Notes under the pieces: model-generated | What the model was told of the DNA's origin: nothing | The model's database searches: none | What the model saw: the letters and a program-made list of their open reading frames with translations, nothing else | DNA from: a virus | Taxonomy: Duplodnaviria; Caudoviricetes | Reading direction: 5' to 3' (one strand) | IMG/VR virus record: IMGVR_UViG_3300025640_000003 | Coordinates: 1-55,283 of that record | DNA length: 55,283 nt | Shown: positions 1 to 9,407 of the stretch, piece by piece | How the letters are laid out: every line of letters starts with the position of its first letter | Position numbering within the stretch: position 1 is the first letter of the stretch | Translations under genes and position numbers: made by a program

Positions 1-74
1 GCCTATCGTATGGGGCTGGAAGATGCGGCTACTGTCATGGACCACCGCGCATATGGTTGCAGAATTACTGTAGG
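1..74. repeat. 74-bp direct repeat of the contig end (circular assembly overlap)
   Basis: 1-74 is identical to 55210-55283, and an ORF continues in frame across the junction. Confidence 0.95.
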
Positions 75-180
75 GATGGACCCACAAGGGCAGTGTGAGG
101 GTGGGGCAGAGGACATCCGCGCCATCCTCACACCCACAGACCTTGTGGAACGGGCAATGAAGGAGATGGACAATGAATGA
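1..180 (+). CDS. 3' part of a hypothetical protein spanning the circular junction (starts at 55096, 97 aa)
   Basis: Frame from ATG 55096 continues through the repeat to TGA 178-180. Confidence 0.6.
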   Translation, partial: AYRMGLEDAATVMDHRAYGCRITVGMDPQGQCEGGAEDIRAILTPTDLVERAMKEMDNE

Positions 181-505
181 ATATACACCTGCCAGTTGGG
201 TAGTAATTAAGATCGACGGAGATGACCCCCATTATCGTGTACTTGGTGGTTGGTCAGGCGGTTATTTGACAGGAGACTCTTGGAGACTTAATAGCGGTAT
301 CGTCAAGGCAGAATTTGATGGAGACTATTGGTGTTTCTATGGGTCTAGTGGTAGTTGCTACAAGTGTTACGTTGATAACTATGGTCTTAAAATGTCTAAT
401 GCACCTGTATACAACCAACTAAAAGAGAAATACGGTGATGACATAACACTATTAAAAGACCAAGAGTGGGTGCAAAAAGACTGGGACTGGTTGATAGATG
501 AATGA
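173..505 (+). CDS. Hypothetical phage protein
   Basis: 110-aa ORF with AAGGAG RBS; contains VLGGWSGGYLTGDSWRLNSGI, a motif typical of small phage proteins. Confidence 0.8.
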   Translation: MNEYTPASWVVIKIDGDDPHYRVLGGWSGGYLTGDSWRLNSGIVKAEFDGDYWCFYGSSGSCYKCYVDNYGLKMSNAPVYNQLKEKYGDDITLLKDQEWVQKDWDWLIDE

Positions 506-659
506 AGAACTAAAACAAAAGCTTAGAGACATGAGTACATTAAGTGACTCTAGGACACCTAAGGATGCACTTAAGTATATTGAGTCTCTAGAAAGTGAAC
601 TATTTGAACTTAAGAACGCACCGATACAATTTTTACTAGATCATGGAAAGGGAGAATGA
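498..659 (+). CDS. Small hypothetical protein (53 aa, not in ORF track)
   Basis: ATG 498 to TGA 657-659; fills the gap and overlaps both neighbours. Confidence 0.55.
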   Translation: MNEELKQKLRDMSTLSDSRTPKDALKYIESLESELFELKNAPIQFLLDHGKGE

Positions 660-1063
660 TGACTGACTACACAACAACAAAAAACGTGGCTGAGAGTGTC
701 ACAAAAAACTATTCGGAATTGTTGAAAGGATTGAGCGTGGACACGGAAGCAGCTTGGAAGAAACTGTTTGAAGCCTCACTGGAGGAGACAGACAATGTAC
801 GCAGTAGACTGATTAGCCTTGTGGATTCCCTTGTAAAAACTGTGCTTGGAGAAGACTATGATGAGTATGTAACCTCTCTTGTCGTCAAAGAGCTTAAATG
901 GTCTATAGAAAACTTTGAAGAGGGTAATGACCGTTGGGAGACACCTGATAACAGTGCTCATGATCTTGCCTCAATGTACCGTGCACTTGCATACCACATG
1001 GTTCCATCAGAATACAAAGAGTATGTTCAACAGCGTCGAGAGGTGAAGAACAATGAAGTTTAG
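656..1063 (+). CDS. Hypothetical protein
   Basis: 135-aa ORF with GGGAG RBS. Confidence 0.75.
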   Translation: MMTDYTTTKNVAESVTKNYSELLKGLSVDTEAAWKKLFEASLEETDNVRSRLISLVDSLVKTVLGEDYDEYVTSLVVKELKWSIENFEEGNDRWETPDNSAHDLASMYRALAYHMVPSEYKEYVQQRREVKNNEV

Positions 1064-1217
1064 TGAGAATAGGGTGGATGGTTTTAAGGTTGAATTTGAA
1101 GTACCTAGTTGCTACACAAGCGAAGAGGTCCTAGAAGAGTTTAAGAACTTCCTACGTGCGTGTGGCTATGTAATAGAGTATGATGATGTCTCACCTAAAG
1201 AGGAGTTCTATGAGTAG
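1053..1217 (+). CDS. Small hypothetical protein (54 aa, not in ORF track)
   Basis: GAGGTG RBS; ATG 1053 to TAG 1215-1217. Confidence 0.6.
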   Translation: MKFSENRVDGFKVEFEVPSCYTSEEVLEEFKNFLRACGYVIEYDDVSPKEEFYE

Positions 1218-2778
1218 TAACCCACACCAACCTTGTCCATATGAAAGCTGTGGCTCAAGTGACGCATTTAACTGGGATGATGGTGGCTTCGGTTTCTGTC
1301 ATGCCTGTAGTCAGTCCTATCCCCAGAAGGGTATGGGTAACACATTTGATTGGGTAGAAGATACATACCCTCTGCCAAAAAGGATAAACCCTATGACTGT
1401 AGAAATTGGAGGCTTTACGTATGACGGTATCCGTTCCATCTCACCTGACGTGTGTAAACTTTACGGTATTCAACTCCAAAAAGATACTGATGGTAATCCT
1501 GTACGGTATGCCTTTAAGTACCCTAGCAACGTAAAGTATCGTGGGTACGACGAAAAGAAGTTCTGGTCTAAGGACAAAGGTTCCTTGCTTGATCTGTTTG
1601 GTCCAGAGTTTAATGCAGGCACAAGTAAGCGTATCTACCTGACTGAGGGGGAGTTTGATGCAGCCTCTTTGTATGAAGTTCTTGGTCAGTCTTACCCCGT
1701 TAAGGGTATCCCCGGTGCAGGTATCGGTGAGAAGTTTATTAAGGCTAACCACGCATACCTAAACTCTTTCAGTGAGATCGTATACGCTGGGGAGTTAGAT
1801 CAAGCAGGTAAGGGTGCTGCTGAGAAGCTCTTCGAGGTATTCCCAGAGAAGTTCTACTTTGTACCTATGACCAAACACAAGGACGCTAACGAGTTCCTTA
1901 TGGCTGGTGATAGTGCAGACCTTAAGTGGGCAGCAGTTAAACCTCAGCGATACTCACCGGATAACTTCTTTTGTTCTGACCAAGACGTAGAGGATGCTAT
2001 CCGTAAGGAGAACCCATACGAGTATGTACCCACAGGTCTTTCAGGTTGGGATGACAAACTACGGGGTCTGGTTAAAGGTGGCATTACTTTCATTAAAGCT
2101 AAGCGTGGACTAGGTAAGACAGAGCTTATTCGTTTCTTTGAGACAGCCATGCTTAAGGATGAGACATGTCGTATTGCTTTACTTCACGCAGAGGAGATGA
2201 AGTCTACAACCTATCGCGCTATGGCATCTTACGAGTTGGGTATTAACGTACGTACAAAGGATGATGCTAAGGCTAATGGTATCCCTGAGGATAAAGTTGT
2301 GGAGGCAGCTAAGAGGGCTACAAAGGGGGAGCGTACAATTATCTTTGAGATGCGTTCTCACGATGATCCTATGAAAATCCTTGAGTATATCCGACTAGCG
2401 GCCACTGTGTATGGTGCAGACTTTATCTTTATCGACCACATCCAACGACTTGCTTATCTCTCTCAGAGTGGTGTTGATGGTGCTACATCTATGCTCACTG
2501 CCCTAGGTTCACGTTCAGCCCAGCTTGCAAAAGAGTTGAACATTGGTGTCGTATTTATCAGTCAAACAAATGACGACGGGCGGACAAAATATGCATCAGC
2601 ACTTGAGGAGGAGGCAATCATCTGTGTTAAGCTTGAACGTGATCTTGAGTCAGAGGATGAGGTAGAGCAAAACACTACAGAGTTCGTGATCGACAAGAAC
2701 CGTCCATTCTCAAAGCTTGGCAGTGCTGGTACCGTCTACTACGATCCTGATACAACTCTATTGACGGAGTCTACCTAA
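1210..2778 (+). CDS. T7 gp4-like DNA primase/helicase
   Basis: Zn finger CPYESC...CHAC, TOPRIM LTEGEFDA, Walker A AKRGLGKT, Walker B IFIDH, KNRP; GAGGAG RBS before ATG 1210. Confidence 0.93.
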   Translation: MSSNPHQPCPYESCGSSDAFNWDDGGFGFCHACSQSYPQKGMGNTFDWVEDTYPLPKRINPMTVEIGGFTYDGIRSISPDVCKLYGIQLQKDTDGNPVRYAFKYPSNVKYRGYDEKKFWSKDKGSLLDLFGPEFNAGTSKRIYLTEGEFDAASLYEVLGQSYPVKGIPGAGIGEKFIKANHAYLNSFSEIVYAGELDQAGKGAAEKLFEVFPEKFYFVPMTKHKDANEFLMAGDSADLKWAAVKPQRYSPDNFFCSDQDVEDAIRKENPYEYVPTGLSGWDDKLRGLVKGGITFIKAKRGLGKTELIRFFETAMLKDETCRIALLHAEEMKSTTYRAMASYELGINVRTKDDAKANGIPEDKVVEAAKRATKGERTIIFEMRSHDDPMKILEYIRLAATVYGADFIFIDHIQRLAYLSQSGVDGATSMLTALGSRSAQLAKELNIGVVFISQTNDDGRTKYASALEEEAIICVKLERDLESEDEVEQNTTEFVIDKNRPFSKLGSAGTVYYDPDTTLLTEST

Positions 2779-2813
2779 TGACTTAACATTAACTTTTTAC
2801 AAGAGGAGATACA

Positions 2814-4700
2814 ATGACAGCCTACATCTTTGACCTTGAGTCTGACGGTCTTCTCGACACTGTCACAAAGATACACTGTGTGTCTTATACTGAACCTAAC
2901 GGCAAAGAGGTAAAGACTGCTACTACCAAAGAGGGCATAAAAGAGTTTCTTGATAAAGCCACAACACTCATAGGCCACAATATTATTCGCTATGATGTCG
3001 TAGTCCTTGAGAAGATACTTGGGGTTAAGATCAAGCACAAGCTCTATGACACATTACCAATGTCTTGGGTATTCAACCCCAGTAGAGCTAAGCATGGCCT
3101 TGATTCATTCTTTCCTGACTATGGTATTGAGAAACCTAAGATCACGGACTGGGAGAACCTTACCCTACCTGAGTATGTCAACCGCTGTGAAGAAGATGTT
3201 AAGATTAACCAAGCTTTGTGGTTAGACCTTACTAAACGTGCTAACTTTATCTACAAAGACAAGAAAGAGTTGGACAGGTTCTTACAGTATCTTACTTTCA
3301 AGATGAAGTGTGCAGCAAAACAAGAGGAGCTAAAATGGAAAATCGATAAAGACCTTGTCACAAAGTGTGTTGAGACCCTACGACAACAACAAGAAGAGAA
3401 GATCGAAGAGCTAACCAACGTCATGCCTTTACAAAAAGTTTACGCTAAGAGAGGTAAACCTAAGGTTATGGAGAAGAAGGATGGCTCTATGTCTGCTAAC
3501 GCAGAGAAGTGGTTTGAGTTGTTAGAGTCAGAAGGGTTGCCAAAGGACCACAAAGGCCCTGTGAGTGTCCTTAAAGAGCTTAAGCAGGCTAACCCCAAGT
3601 CCTCTGATCAGGTTAAAGAGTGGTTGTTTAGTCTGGGTTGGGTTCCTTGTACCTTTGACTACAAAAAGAATGAGGATGGAACTGAGCGAACTGTACCTCA
3701 GGTACGTAAAGATGGGGAACTCACTAGATCAGTCAAGCTTCTTATCGATAAAGACCCTGCGGTAGAAGTTCTTGATGGTCTTACTGTTATTCAACACAGG
3801 TTGTCTATCTTTGAGGGTTTGCTTGATGCAGAGGTTGATGGCTATGTTAAGGCAGAGGTTGGGGGTCTTACAAACACCTTTAGGTTCAAACACAATAAGC
3901 CTTTGGTTAATCTCCCCGGTGTTGACAAGCCTTGGGGTAAAGAGATTAGAGGTTCCTTGATAGCCCCTGAGGGTTACGTATTGTGTGGCTCAGACATGGT
4001 CTCTCTTGAGTCAACAACTAAGCGTCACTTTATCTACCCCTATGACCCAGAGTATGTTGCAGAGATGTCACAAGAAGGTTTTGACGAGCACCTAGACCTA
4101 GCGGTTAAAGCGGGACATCTTAGCTCAGAGGACTACGACTTTTATACAAGATCAGATGAGGAGACAGTGAATGATGTAGCTAGGTTTAAGGGTATCAAGA
4201 AGGTACGTAAAAAGTTCAAGCCAGTAAATTACAGCGCAGTGTATGGTGTCAGGGAGCTTAAACTTTCTAGAACCACTGGCATGGGTAAAGCAGAGGCAAG
4301 AGATATGTTAGCTGCATACTGGAGACGCAACTGGGCGGTCAACAAGTTTGCTACTGATAGAGAGGCCGGGGTACGTACAATCGCAGGTCAGATGTGGATA
4401 CAAAACCCAGTGAGTAAGTTCTGGCACCCGCTGAGGTTCAAGAAGGATATCTTTTCTACACTGAATCAAGGTACTGGTGTGTTCTGTTTTGACACTTGGA
4501 TTGCCTTCTATTCTTCTCGTCGTCCGGATATCCTAGGGCAGTTTCATGACGAGACAATTAACCCCGTCAAGATCGGAAAGGAGGAAGATCATGAGGCTAC
4601 ACTTCGTTGGGCTATCGCCATGACAAACAAGAAACTCAAGCTTAACATTGACTTAGACATCGATGTACAATTTGGGTCTAACTATGCACAAATCCATTGA
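2814..4700 (+). CDS. polA: Family A DNA polymerase with 3'-5' exonuclease
   Basis: ExoI FDLESDG, ExoII GHNIIRYD, motif A GSDMVSLE, motif B RKKFKPVNYSAVYG, motif C QFHDE. Confidence 0.95.
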   Translation: MTAYIFDLESDGLLDTVTKIHCVSYTEPNGKEVKTATTKEGIKEFLDKATTLIGHNIIRYDVVVLEKILGVKIKHKLYDTLPMSWVFNPSRAKHGLDSFFPDYGIEKPKITDWENLTLPEYVNRCEEDVKINQALWLDLTKRANFIYKDKKELDRFLQYLTFKMKCAAKQEELKWKIDKDLVTKCVETLRQQQEEKIEELTNVMPLQKVYAKRGKPKVMEKKDGSMSANAEKWFELLESEGLPKDHKGPVSVLKELKQANPKSSDQVKEWLFSLGWVPCTFDYKKNEDGTERTVPQVRKDGELTRSVKLLIDKDPAVEVLDGLTVIQHRLSIFEGLLDAEVDGYVKAEVGGLTNTFRFKHNKPLVNLPGVDKPWGKEIRGSLIAPEGYVLCGSDMVSLESTTKRHFIYPYDPEYVAEMSQEGFDEHLDLAVKAGHLSSEDYDFYTRSDEETVNDVARFKGIKKVRKKFKPVNYSAVYGVRELKLSRTTGMGKAEARDMLAAYWRRNWAVNKFATDREAGVRTIAGQMWIQNPVSKFWHPLRFKKDIFSTLNQGTGVFCFDTWIAFYSSRRPDILGQFHDETINPVKIGKEEDHEATLRWAIAMTNKKLKLNIDLDIDVQFGSNYAQIH

Positions 4701-4726
4701 CACATACAGTCAAAACGTGCGACAAT
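4697..4726 (+). promoter_or_regulatory. Possible sigma70-type promoter
   Basis: TTGACA-N18-GACAAT with a TG extension. Confidence 0.35.
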
Positions 4727-4751
4727 TCAATTATGGTAAGGAGTAAGACAT

Positions 4752-4892
4752 ATGGGTTTCAATAAGAAGACTTGGGACAAAGACTATACTGGATCAAAAG
4801 GTCTACGGCAATTGTCCAGAGAAGATGCAGCACTAAAGGGGTACTCCTCTAAGAAAACTGTAAAGAAGACAAAAGAAAAGGAAAGCAAATAA
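4752..4892 (+). CDS. Small basic hypothetical protein (46 aa)
   Basis: TAAGGAG RBS; ATG 4752; TAA overlaps the next ATG. Confidence 0.6.
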   Translation: MGFNKKTWDKDYTGSKGLRQLSREDAALKGYSSKKTVKKTKEKESK

Positions 4893-5443
4893 TGGCTACT
4901 CGTAAAGTAAAACTGACAGGTCTTGGGTATTGGGCTAAAGTGTTTGAGGATAACCGCGATCTGACAGGCTTTGAGGATGCACTTAAAGATGTTGGTGGGC
5001 AGACCACTATCGACATGGACCTTGATGGGGACATGATGGACAAGCTTCGTGCATCCAAGTCCATGAAGAAAGGTTCAGATAGTCTAGACAATGATGGCCT
5101 GACACGGGTTAAGTTTACTCGTAAGTGGGAAGAGAACTACGGGGGTGGTGCACCTAAGGTGGTTAAGTCAGATGGTTCTGTCTGGGACTTTGATGAAGAC
5201 GGTCCTATCGGTAACGGTTCTGTGGTTGAAGTTATTTTGTCTGTGTACGATACCTCTCGTAAGTCTATCGTAGGTACACGACTTGATAAGGTTAAAGTGC
5301 TTGAGCACGTTAAGTACGAACCTGACGAAGACGACGAGGATGATCGACCTGCACCACCCAAACAAGATCGGCAACCAACATCGGCACCAAAGACAAAAGT
5401 TTTGCCTGTAGATGATCTTGAGGAGGACGAAATTCCTTTTTGA
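4892..5443 (+). CDS. Single-stranded DNA-binding protein (T7 gp2.5-like)
   Basis: YWAKV, IGNGSVVEV, GTRLDKVKVLEHV; acidic tail ending EDEIPF; adjacent to the polymerase. Confidence 0.8.
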   Translation: MATRKVKLTGLGYWAKVFEDNRDLTGFEDALKDVGGQTTIDMDLDGDMMDKLRASKSMKKGSDSLDNDGLTRVKFTRKWEENYGGGAPKVVKSDGSVWDFDEDGPIGNGSVVEVILSVYDTSRKSIVGTRLDKVKVLEHVKYEPDEDDEDDRPAPPKQDRQPTSAPKTKVLPVDDLEEDEIPF

Positions 5444-5506
5444 TGTGAGGCACCAACAGTACCCCTGAGTGATCTTGGGGGTACTCCAACATAAAAAGGA
5501 TGTGAT

Positions 5507-6355
5507 ATGAAGACTCTAGACCAACTAATACCAGACATCTACAAGGTTATCGAAGGTAACGGTGGGTGGGATGCGACAGTAACCAAGTTCTTATCTGAGG
5601 GTATCTCAGAGGTAGCAGAGCAACGGTTCACAGGTGAGCAGAAACCACGCAACTACCTTAGCCTATCATCTCTGGGTACACCATGTAAACGTAAGCTATG
5701 GTACAAGATTAACGAGACAGAAAAGTCTGAGAAACTGACAGCAGAGAGCTTAGGTACTTTCTTTTACGGAGATTTGCTTGAGGTTCTCGTTATTGCTCTT
5801 GCAAAGGCAGCAGGGCATAAAGTTGAGGGTGCTCAAGACAGAGTTGACGTGCATGGCATTAAGGGCCACATGGACTGCATCATCGACGGTGTGGTTGTGG
5901 ATGTTAAGTCTGCTTCTAAGTACAGCTTTGAGAAGTTTAAGAAGCACGAGTTGAAAGAGAATGACCCTTTCGGTTATATCAGCCAGCTTAGTTCCTACCT
6001 TTACGCTTCAAAGAAAGATAAGAGGGTCATCAACAAACACGAGGCCTGCTTTCTTGTCGTCCAAAAAGATCGGTTCAAACTCTGTCTAGACCGCTACGAT
6101 TTCACAGAAGAGCTTAAGAATAAAGGACAAGAGATTGAAGATATCAAAGCTATGGTTGCAGGTCCGATCCCAGTTGATAGGATTCCTCCTGTACCTCAAT
6201 CTAAGACTTCACCTAATACTAAACTCGACATCCAGTGTCAATACTGTGAGTTTCGTAAACACTGCTATCCAGAGACCAGAACTTTTATATATTCTTCCGG
6301 ACCTTTGCACCTTGTTGACGTGAAGAAAACCCCTAATGTACCGGAGGTAACATGA
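5507..6355 (+). CDS. PD-(D/E)XK exonuclease (Cas4/RecB-like)
   Basis: GHMDCIIDGVVVDVKS, QLSSY, and cysteines CKR...CQYCEFRKHC. Confidence 0.85.
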   Translation: MKTLDQLIPDIYKVIEGNGGWDATVTKFLSEGISEVAEQRFTGEQKPRNYLSLSSLGTPCKRKLWYKINETEKSEKLTAESLGTFFYGDLLEVLVIALAKAAGHKVEGAQDRVDVHGIKGHMDCIIDGVVVDVKSASKYSFEKFKKHELKENDPFGYISQLSSYLYASKKDKRVINKHEACFLVVQKDRFKLCLDRYDFTEELKNKGQEIEDIKAMVAGPIPVDRIPPVPQSKTSPNTKLDIQCQYCEFRKHCYPETRTFIYSSGPLHLVDVKKTPNVPEVT

Positions 6356-6525
6356 CTTATCTTGCTACTTGGATGTACCTGTTGGGTATGTACCTTACTT
6401 ACGAAGCGCCTTTAGATGCAGATGAAGCCTACCCAGAGTTAAGTTTCGCTGATTACCTAGCTCTGTTGTTCTGGCCCATCTCTCTACCAATCATCTTTAT
6501 CTACGCTTTTTTGTTCTATGAGTAG
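6352..6525 (+). CDS. Small membrane protein (57 aa, not in ORF track)
   Basis: GGAGG RBS; two hydrophobic stretches including LFWP. Confidence 0.6.
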   Translation: MTYLATWMYLLGMYLTYEAPLDADEAYPELSFADYLALLFWPISLPIIFIYAFLFYE

Positions 6526-6865
6526 GGCAAGGGCAGCTAAGCAGAAGGGTAGACTAGGGCAGCAGGAAATACGTGATGCTATCCTTGAGAAGTTCCCAGA
6601 GCTTGAACCTGATGATGTGAAGTCTACAACAATGGGTGACGGTGGGGAAGACATTCAACTTTCTCCAGCAGCACGTAAACTTCTACCAATCACCATTGAG
6701 GTTAAGCGTAGGAAGTCCGGGATGAAAACTGCTTACGATTATATTAACCAAGCTAAGGCCCACAAGAAGGGTGAGCCAGTTGTATTTTTTCGTGCAGATA
6801 GACAAGAGTGGATAACCATGATAAGCTTGGACCATTACTTAGACCTTATTAGGAGACCTAAATGA
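6518..6865 (+). CDS. Holliday-junction-resolvase-like PD-(D/E)XK nuclease
   Basis: KQKGR..Q, GEDIQL, IEVKRR, EPVVFFRADR. Confidence 0.75.
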   Translation: MSRARAAKQKGRLGQQEIRDAILEKFPELEPDDVKSTTMGDGGEDIQLSPAARKLLPITIEVKRRKSGMKTAYDYINQAKAHKKGEPVVFFRADRQEWITMISLDHYLDLIRRPK

Positions 6866-7122
6866 ATTTTCTTAAGAAGCTTTTCAGAAAGAAACCTCCA
6901 GAGCTACCACCACTAAAACTCTGGGGTATCATAGAGGGACCATTTCACCGGGATGAAGTTGAAGGTGCATATGACGAAGAGTTAGAGTGGATGCTACTCA
7001 TGAAGGTTTCAGTCGGAGATGAGGTAAAAGATTCAGAAGTCTGGTTTGAAACCTATGAAGAAGTCTACAAGATCAAGAAGTACTTTGATAAAAATATTGA
7101 GCCTATGGAGGTTAAGAGATGA
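6862..7122 (+). CDS. Hypothetical protein
   Basis: 86-aa ORF with AGGAG RBS, coupled to neighbours. Confidence 0.75.
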   Translation: MNFLKKLFRKKPPELPPLKLWGIIEGPFHRDEVEGAYDEELEWMLLMKVSVGDEVKDSEVWFETYEEVYKIKKYFDKNIEPMEVKR

Positions 7123-7436
7123 AAGAGCAAGAACTAATCGATGAGATCATGGACTGGTTTGATTTCGGTAAAGTAGCTAAGGTTATGGAAACACTGGAGT
7201 GGAAGTGGGCTAATCTTGATATTGGTTTTTATATACCAGTTGAGTCTGAGATTAGAAATATTGCACGTAAAAATTTGACTAAAGCAGTTAAGTATGGAAA
7301 AGGTCAGGGTAGACGCTATGTGATATCTACAGGGGGATTTACTTACACGTACGACCCTCAAGACAGTGAGCTTACTTTAGATTTTAATGTTTGTAGCCAC
7401 AGTGCATTCCCAAGACAGGATAACCTTTTTCAATGA
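7119..7436 (+). CDS. Hypothetical protein
   Basis: 105-aa ORF with GGAGG RBS. Confidence 0.75.
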   Translation: MKEQELIDEIMDWFDFGKVAKVMETLEWKWANLDIGFYIPVESEIRNIARKNLTKAVKYGKGQGRRYVISTGGFTYTYDPQDSELTLDFNVCSHSAFPRQDNLFQ

Positions 7437-8212
7437 CACGCACAACAGTAGTATTTTCATGCGCTCACACATCACCTGAGGTAAATAATAAAAGGTTTGA
7501 CTGGCTTGGTTCCTTTCTCTTTGACCTAAAACCTGACATGGTGATCGACCTTGGTGACGGTGCCGACATGAAGAGCCTCAATAGCTTTGACGAGCGATAC
7601 CCTAAAGAGATTGTAAACAATAACTATGCTCGGGATATCAACCACTACAATGAGGCACAAGATCGTCTAAGACTTAAGTTCCGTAAGAACAAAAAGAAGA
7701 GACCTTACTGGGTTGGTATGGAAGGTAACCATGAAAATAGAATCAAAAAAGCTATTGCACATAACCCACGAATCGAGGGAAAAGAGTACGGGGTATCCTT
7801 CGGCCATCTTCAAACAGACCACTGGTTCGACGACTACCACGAGTACCACAATTCTGCCCCCGCCATCTCTGATTATGATGGTGTATCTTATGCTCATTAC
7901 TTTGGTTCTGGTAACTACGGGACAGCTGTTTCTGGTGTTCACCATGCTTACTCCCTCCTCCAACTACGTAATCACAGCTCTACTTGTGGTCACAGCCATA
8001 AACGTGATGTTTACTTTAAAGACAGCGCACACCCTGTACCGATTATTGGCTTGGTCGCGGGCTGCTTCAAAGGCGGAGAAGAATCATGGGCGGGGCAGGC
8101 CAACCACGATTGGGCCCACGGGGTAGTTGTTAAACGTAACGTAAGTCAAGGACAGTATGATTTTGAGTGGGTTAGCATGAAAGCACTTGAGGACGCGTAT
8201 GGAAACGGGTAG
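7433..8212 (+). CDS. Calcineurin-like metallophosphoesterase
   Basis: CAH (DxH variant), DLGDGAD, GNHE, GHSH. Confidence 0.85.
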   Translation: MTRTTVVFSCAHTSPEVNNKRFDWLGSFLFDLKPDMVIDLGDGADMKSLNSFDERYPKEIVNNNYARDINHYNEAQDRLRLKFRKNKKKRPYWVGMEGNHENRIKKAIAHNPRIEGKEYGVSFGHLQTDHWFDDYHEYHNSAPAISDYDGVSYAHYFGSGNYGTAVSGVHHAYSLLQLRNHSSTCGHSHKRDVYFKDSAHPVPIIGLVAGCFKGGEESWAGQANHDWAHGVVVKRNVSQGQYDFEWVSMKALEDAYGNG

Positions 8213-8645
8213 AAAGTGTAACAGGTGCCTTATAGAAAAGTCTTGGGACTCTTTTGCTGTTAACAGTTGTGGCCTAAACGGAAGAAAAAGCATTTGCAAA
8301 GTTTGCTCTAATAAAGCTGAGACAGAAAGAAATAAAAAAGGGAGGGAAGAAAACCCTGAAAAGTTCTACCTAGCAAGAAGGGAGAAGATGCTTAAATTTA
8401 ACTACGGCCTTACATTCAAAGACTACGACGACATGTTAAAATCTCAAAATAGTTGCTGTGCTATATGTGAGACAGGTAGTAATAGGGTTGGTGATTACTT
8501 CTTTGTAGACCACTGTCACACCAATGGACACAACCGAGGTTTACTTTGTTATCACTGTAATACCCTTTTAGGTATGTGCTTTGATGACATTGAGATACTT
8601 AAAGCAGCTATTAAATATCTAGAAAAAGATAAGGATAAGAGTTAG
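8199..8645 (+). CDS. Endonuclease VII-family (putative homing) endonuclease
   Basis: YGLT..YDDML..Q..CAIC, VDHCH, RGLLCYHCNTLLG; N-terminal Zn ribbon. Confidence 0.88.
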   Translation: METGRKCNRCLIEKSWDSFAVNSCGLNGRKSICKVCSNKAETERNKKGREENPEKFYLARREKMLKFNYGLTFKDYDDMLKSQNSCCAICETGSNRVGDYFFVDHCHTNGHNRGLLCYHCNTLLGMCFDDIEILKAAIKYLEKDKDKS

Positions 8646-8646
8646 A

Positions 8647-8823
8647 ATGGATGAACCCAGAGAAATTACTTCCGCATATCTTAATGAGTTTATCGATCTT
8701 ATAAAGTCTGGTTCAAGAGTTATATATGTGCAAGACAAGCAGTACCTAGCTGTTGAACACCCCACCAGAGGTTACCTTGTCTTAGAGATCAAAGATAAAG
8801 TTATTGACTCGGTTCCAAAATAA
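8647..8823 (+). CDS. Small hypothetical protein (58 aa)
   Basis: ATG 8647 to TAA 8821-8823. Confidence 0.5.
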   Translation: MDEPREITSAYLNEFIDLIKSGSRVIYVQDKQYLAVEHPTRGYLVLEIKDKVIDSVPK

Positions 8824-8833
8824 CGTATAACTA
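8804..8833 (+). promoter_or_regulatory. Promoter TTGACT-N16-TATAACTA
   Basis: Same motif and spacing at four other loci. Confidence 0.7.
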
Positions 8834-8844
8834 GGGGTTTTCAA

Positions 8845-9012
8845 ATGGAAGAATATGAAGTAAACTTAGTAATCAAGGTTGACCCAGAGTCTAACTTTTT
8901 CGAGTCAGATAAAGAGGTTAACGTACAGATTATGCTAGAGCTTATCAAGAATGTCCTTTACGATGTGGACGACATTAAGGTAAGTTATATTGAGGTTGAG
9001 AGGAGAGATTGA
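8845..9012 (+). CDS. Small acidic hypothetical protein (55 aa)
   Basis: AGGGG RBS; TGA overlaps the next ATG. Confidence 0.6.
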   Translation: MEEYEVNLVIKVDPESNFFESDKEVNVQIMLELIKNVLYDVDDIKVSYIEVERRD

Positions 9013-9407
9013 TGACAGAACAACTAGACATGTGGGACTACTTCGAGCCTCAGACAAAGACTACTATGGACATGGTGAGAGAGTTCGCCAAAATTACAGG
9101 TCAAGAGCCTAACCCTAAGATGTCCTCTAAGCTAATTGTAGAGGAGTTCAATGAGTGGTTTGCAGAAGCTTTTGACCTGAGGCCTACTGGATATGCAAGT
9201 GAACTTAAAGAGCTTTCTGATCTGCTTTACGTAGTCTATGGCTATGCTAATGCAAAAGGTTGGAACCTAGACGAAGCTGTACGTAGGGTTCACGAGAACA
9301 ATGTAGGTCGGTGCATTCAACCTGATGGTAGTATCAAACGCAGAGAAGACGGTAAGATTGAGAAGAACAAAGACTACCCAAAGGTTCAGCTAGAGGATTT
9401 GGTATGA
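9012..9407 (+). CDS. MazG-like / PRA-PH-like nucleotide pyrophosphohydrolase
   Basis: LIVEEFNE, KELSDLLYVVYG, RVHENN, REDGKIEK. Confidence 0.85.
   Translation: MTEQLDMWDYFEPQTKTTMDMVREFAKITGQEPNPKMSSKLIVEEFNEWFAEAFDLRPTGYASELKELSDLLYVVYGYANAKGWNLDEAVRRVHENNVGRCIQPDGSIKRREDGKIEKNKDYPKVQLEDLV

Noticed and set aside
1-74. Terminal repeat as the biological DTR
   Set aside because: It falls inside an ORF and looks like an assembler overlap; the real ends more plausibly lie in 43074-44738
5507-6355. Cas4 as part of a CRISPR system
   Set aside because: Stand-alone PD-(D/E)XK exonuclease in the replication module; no array
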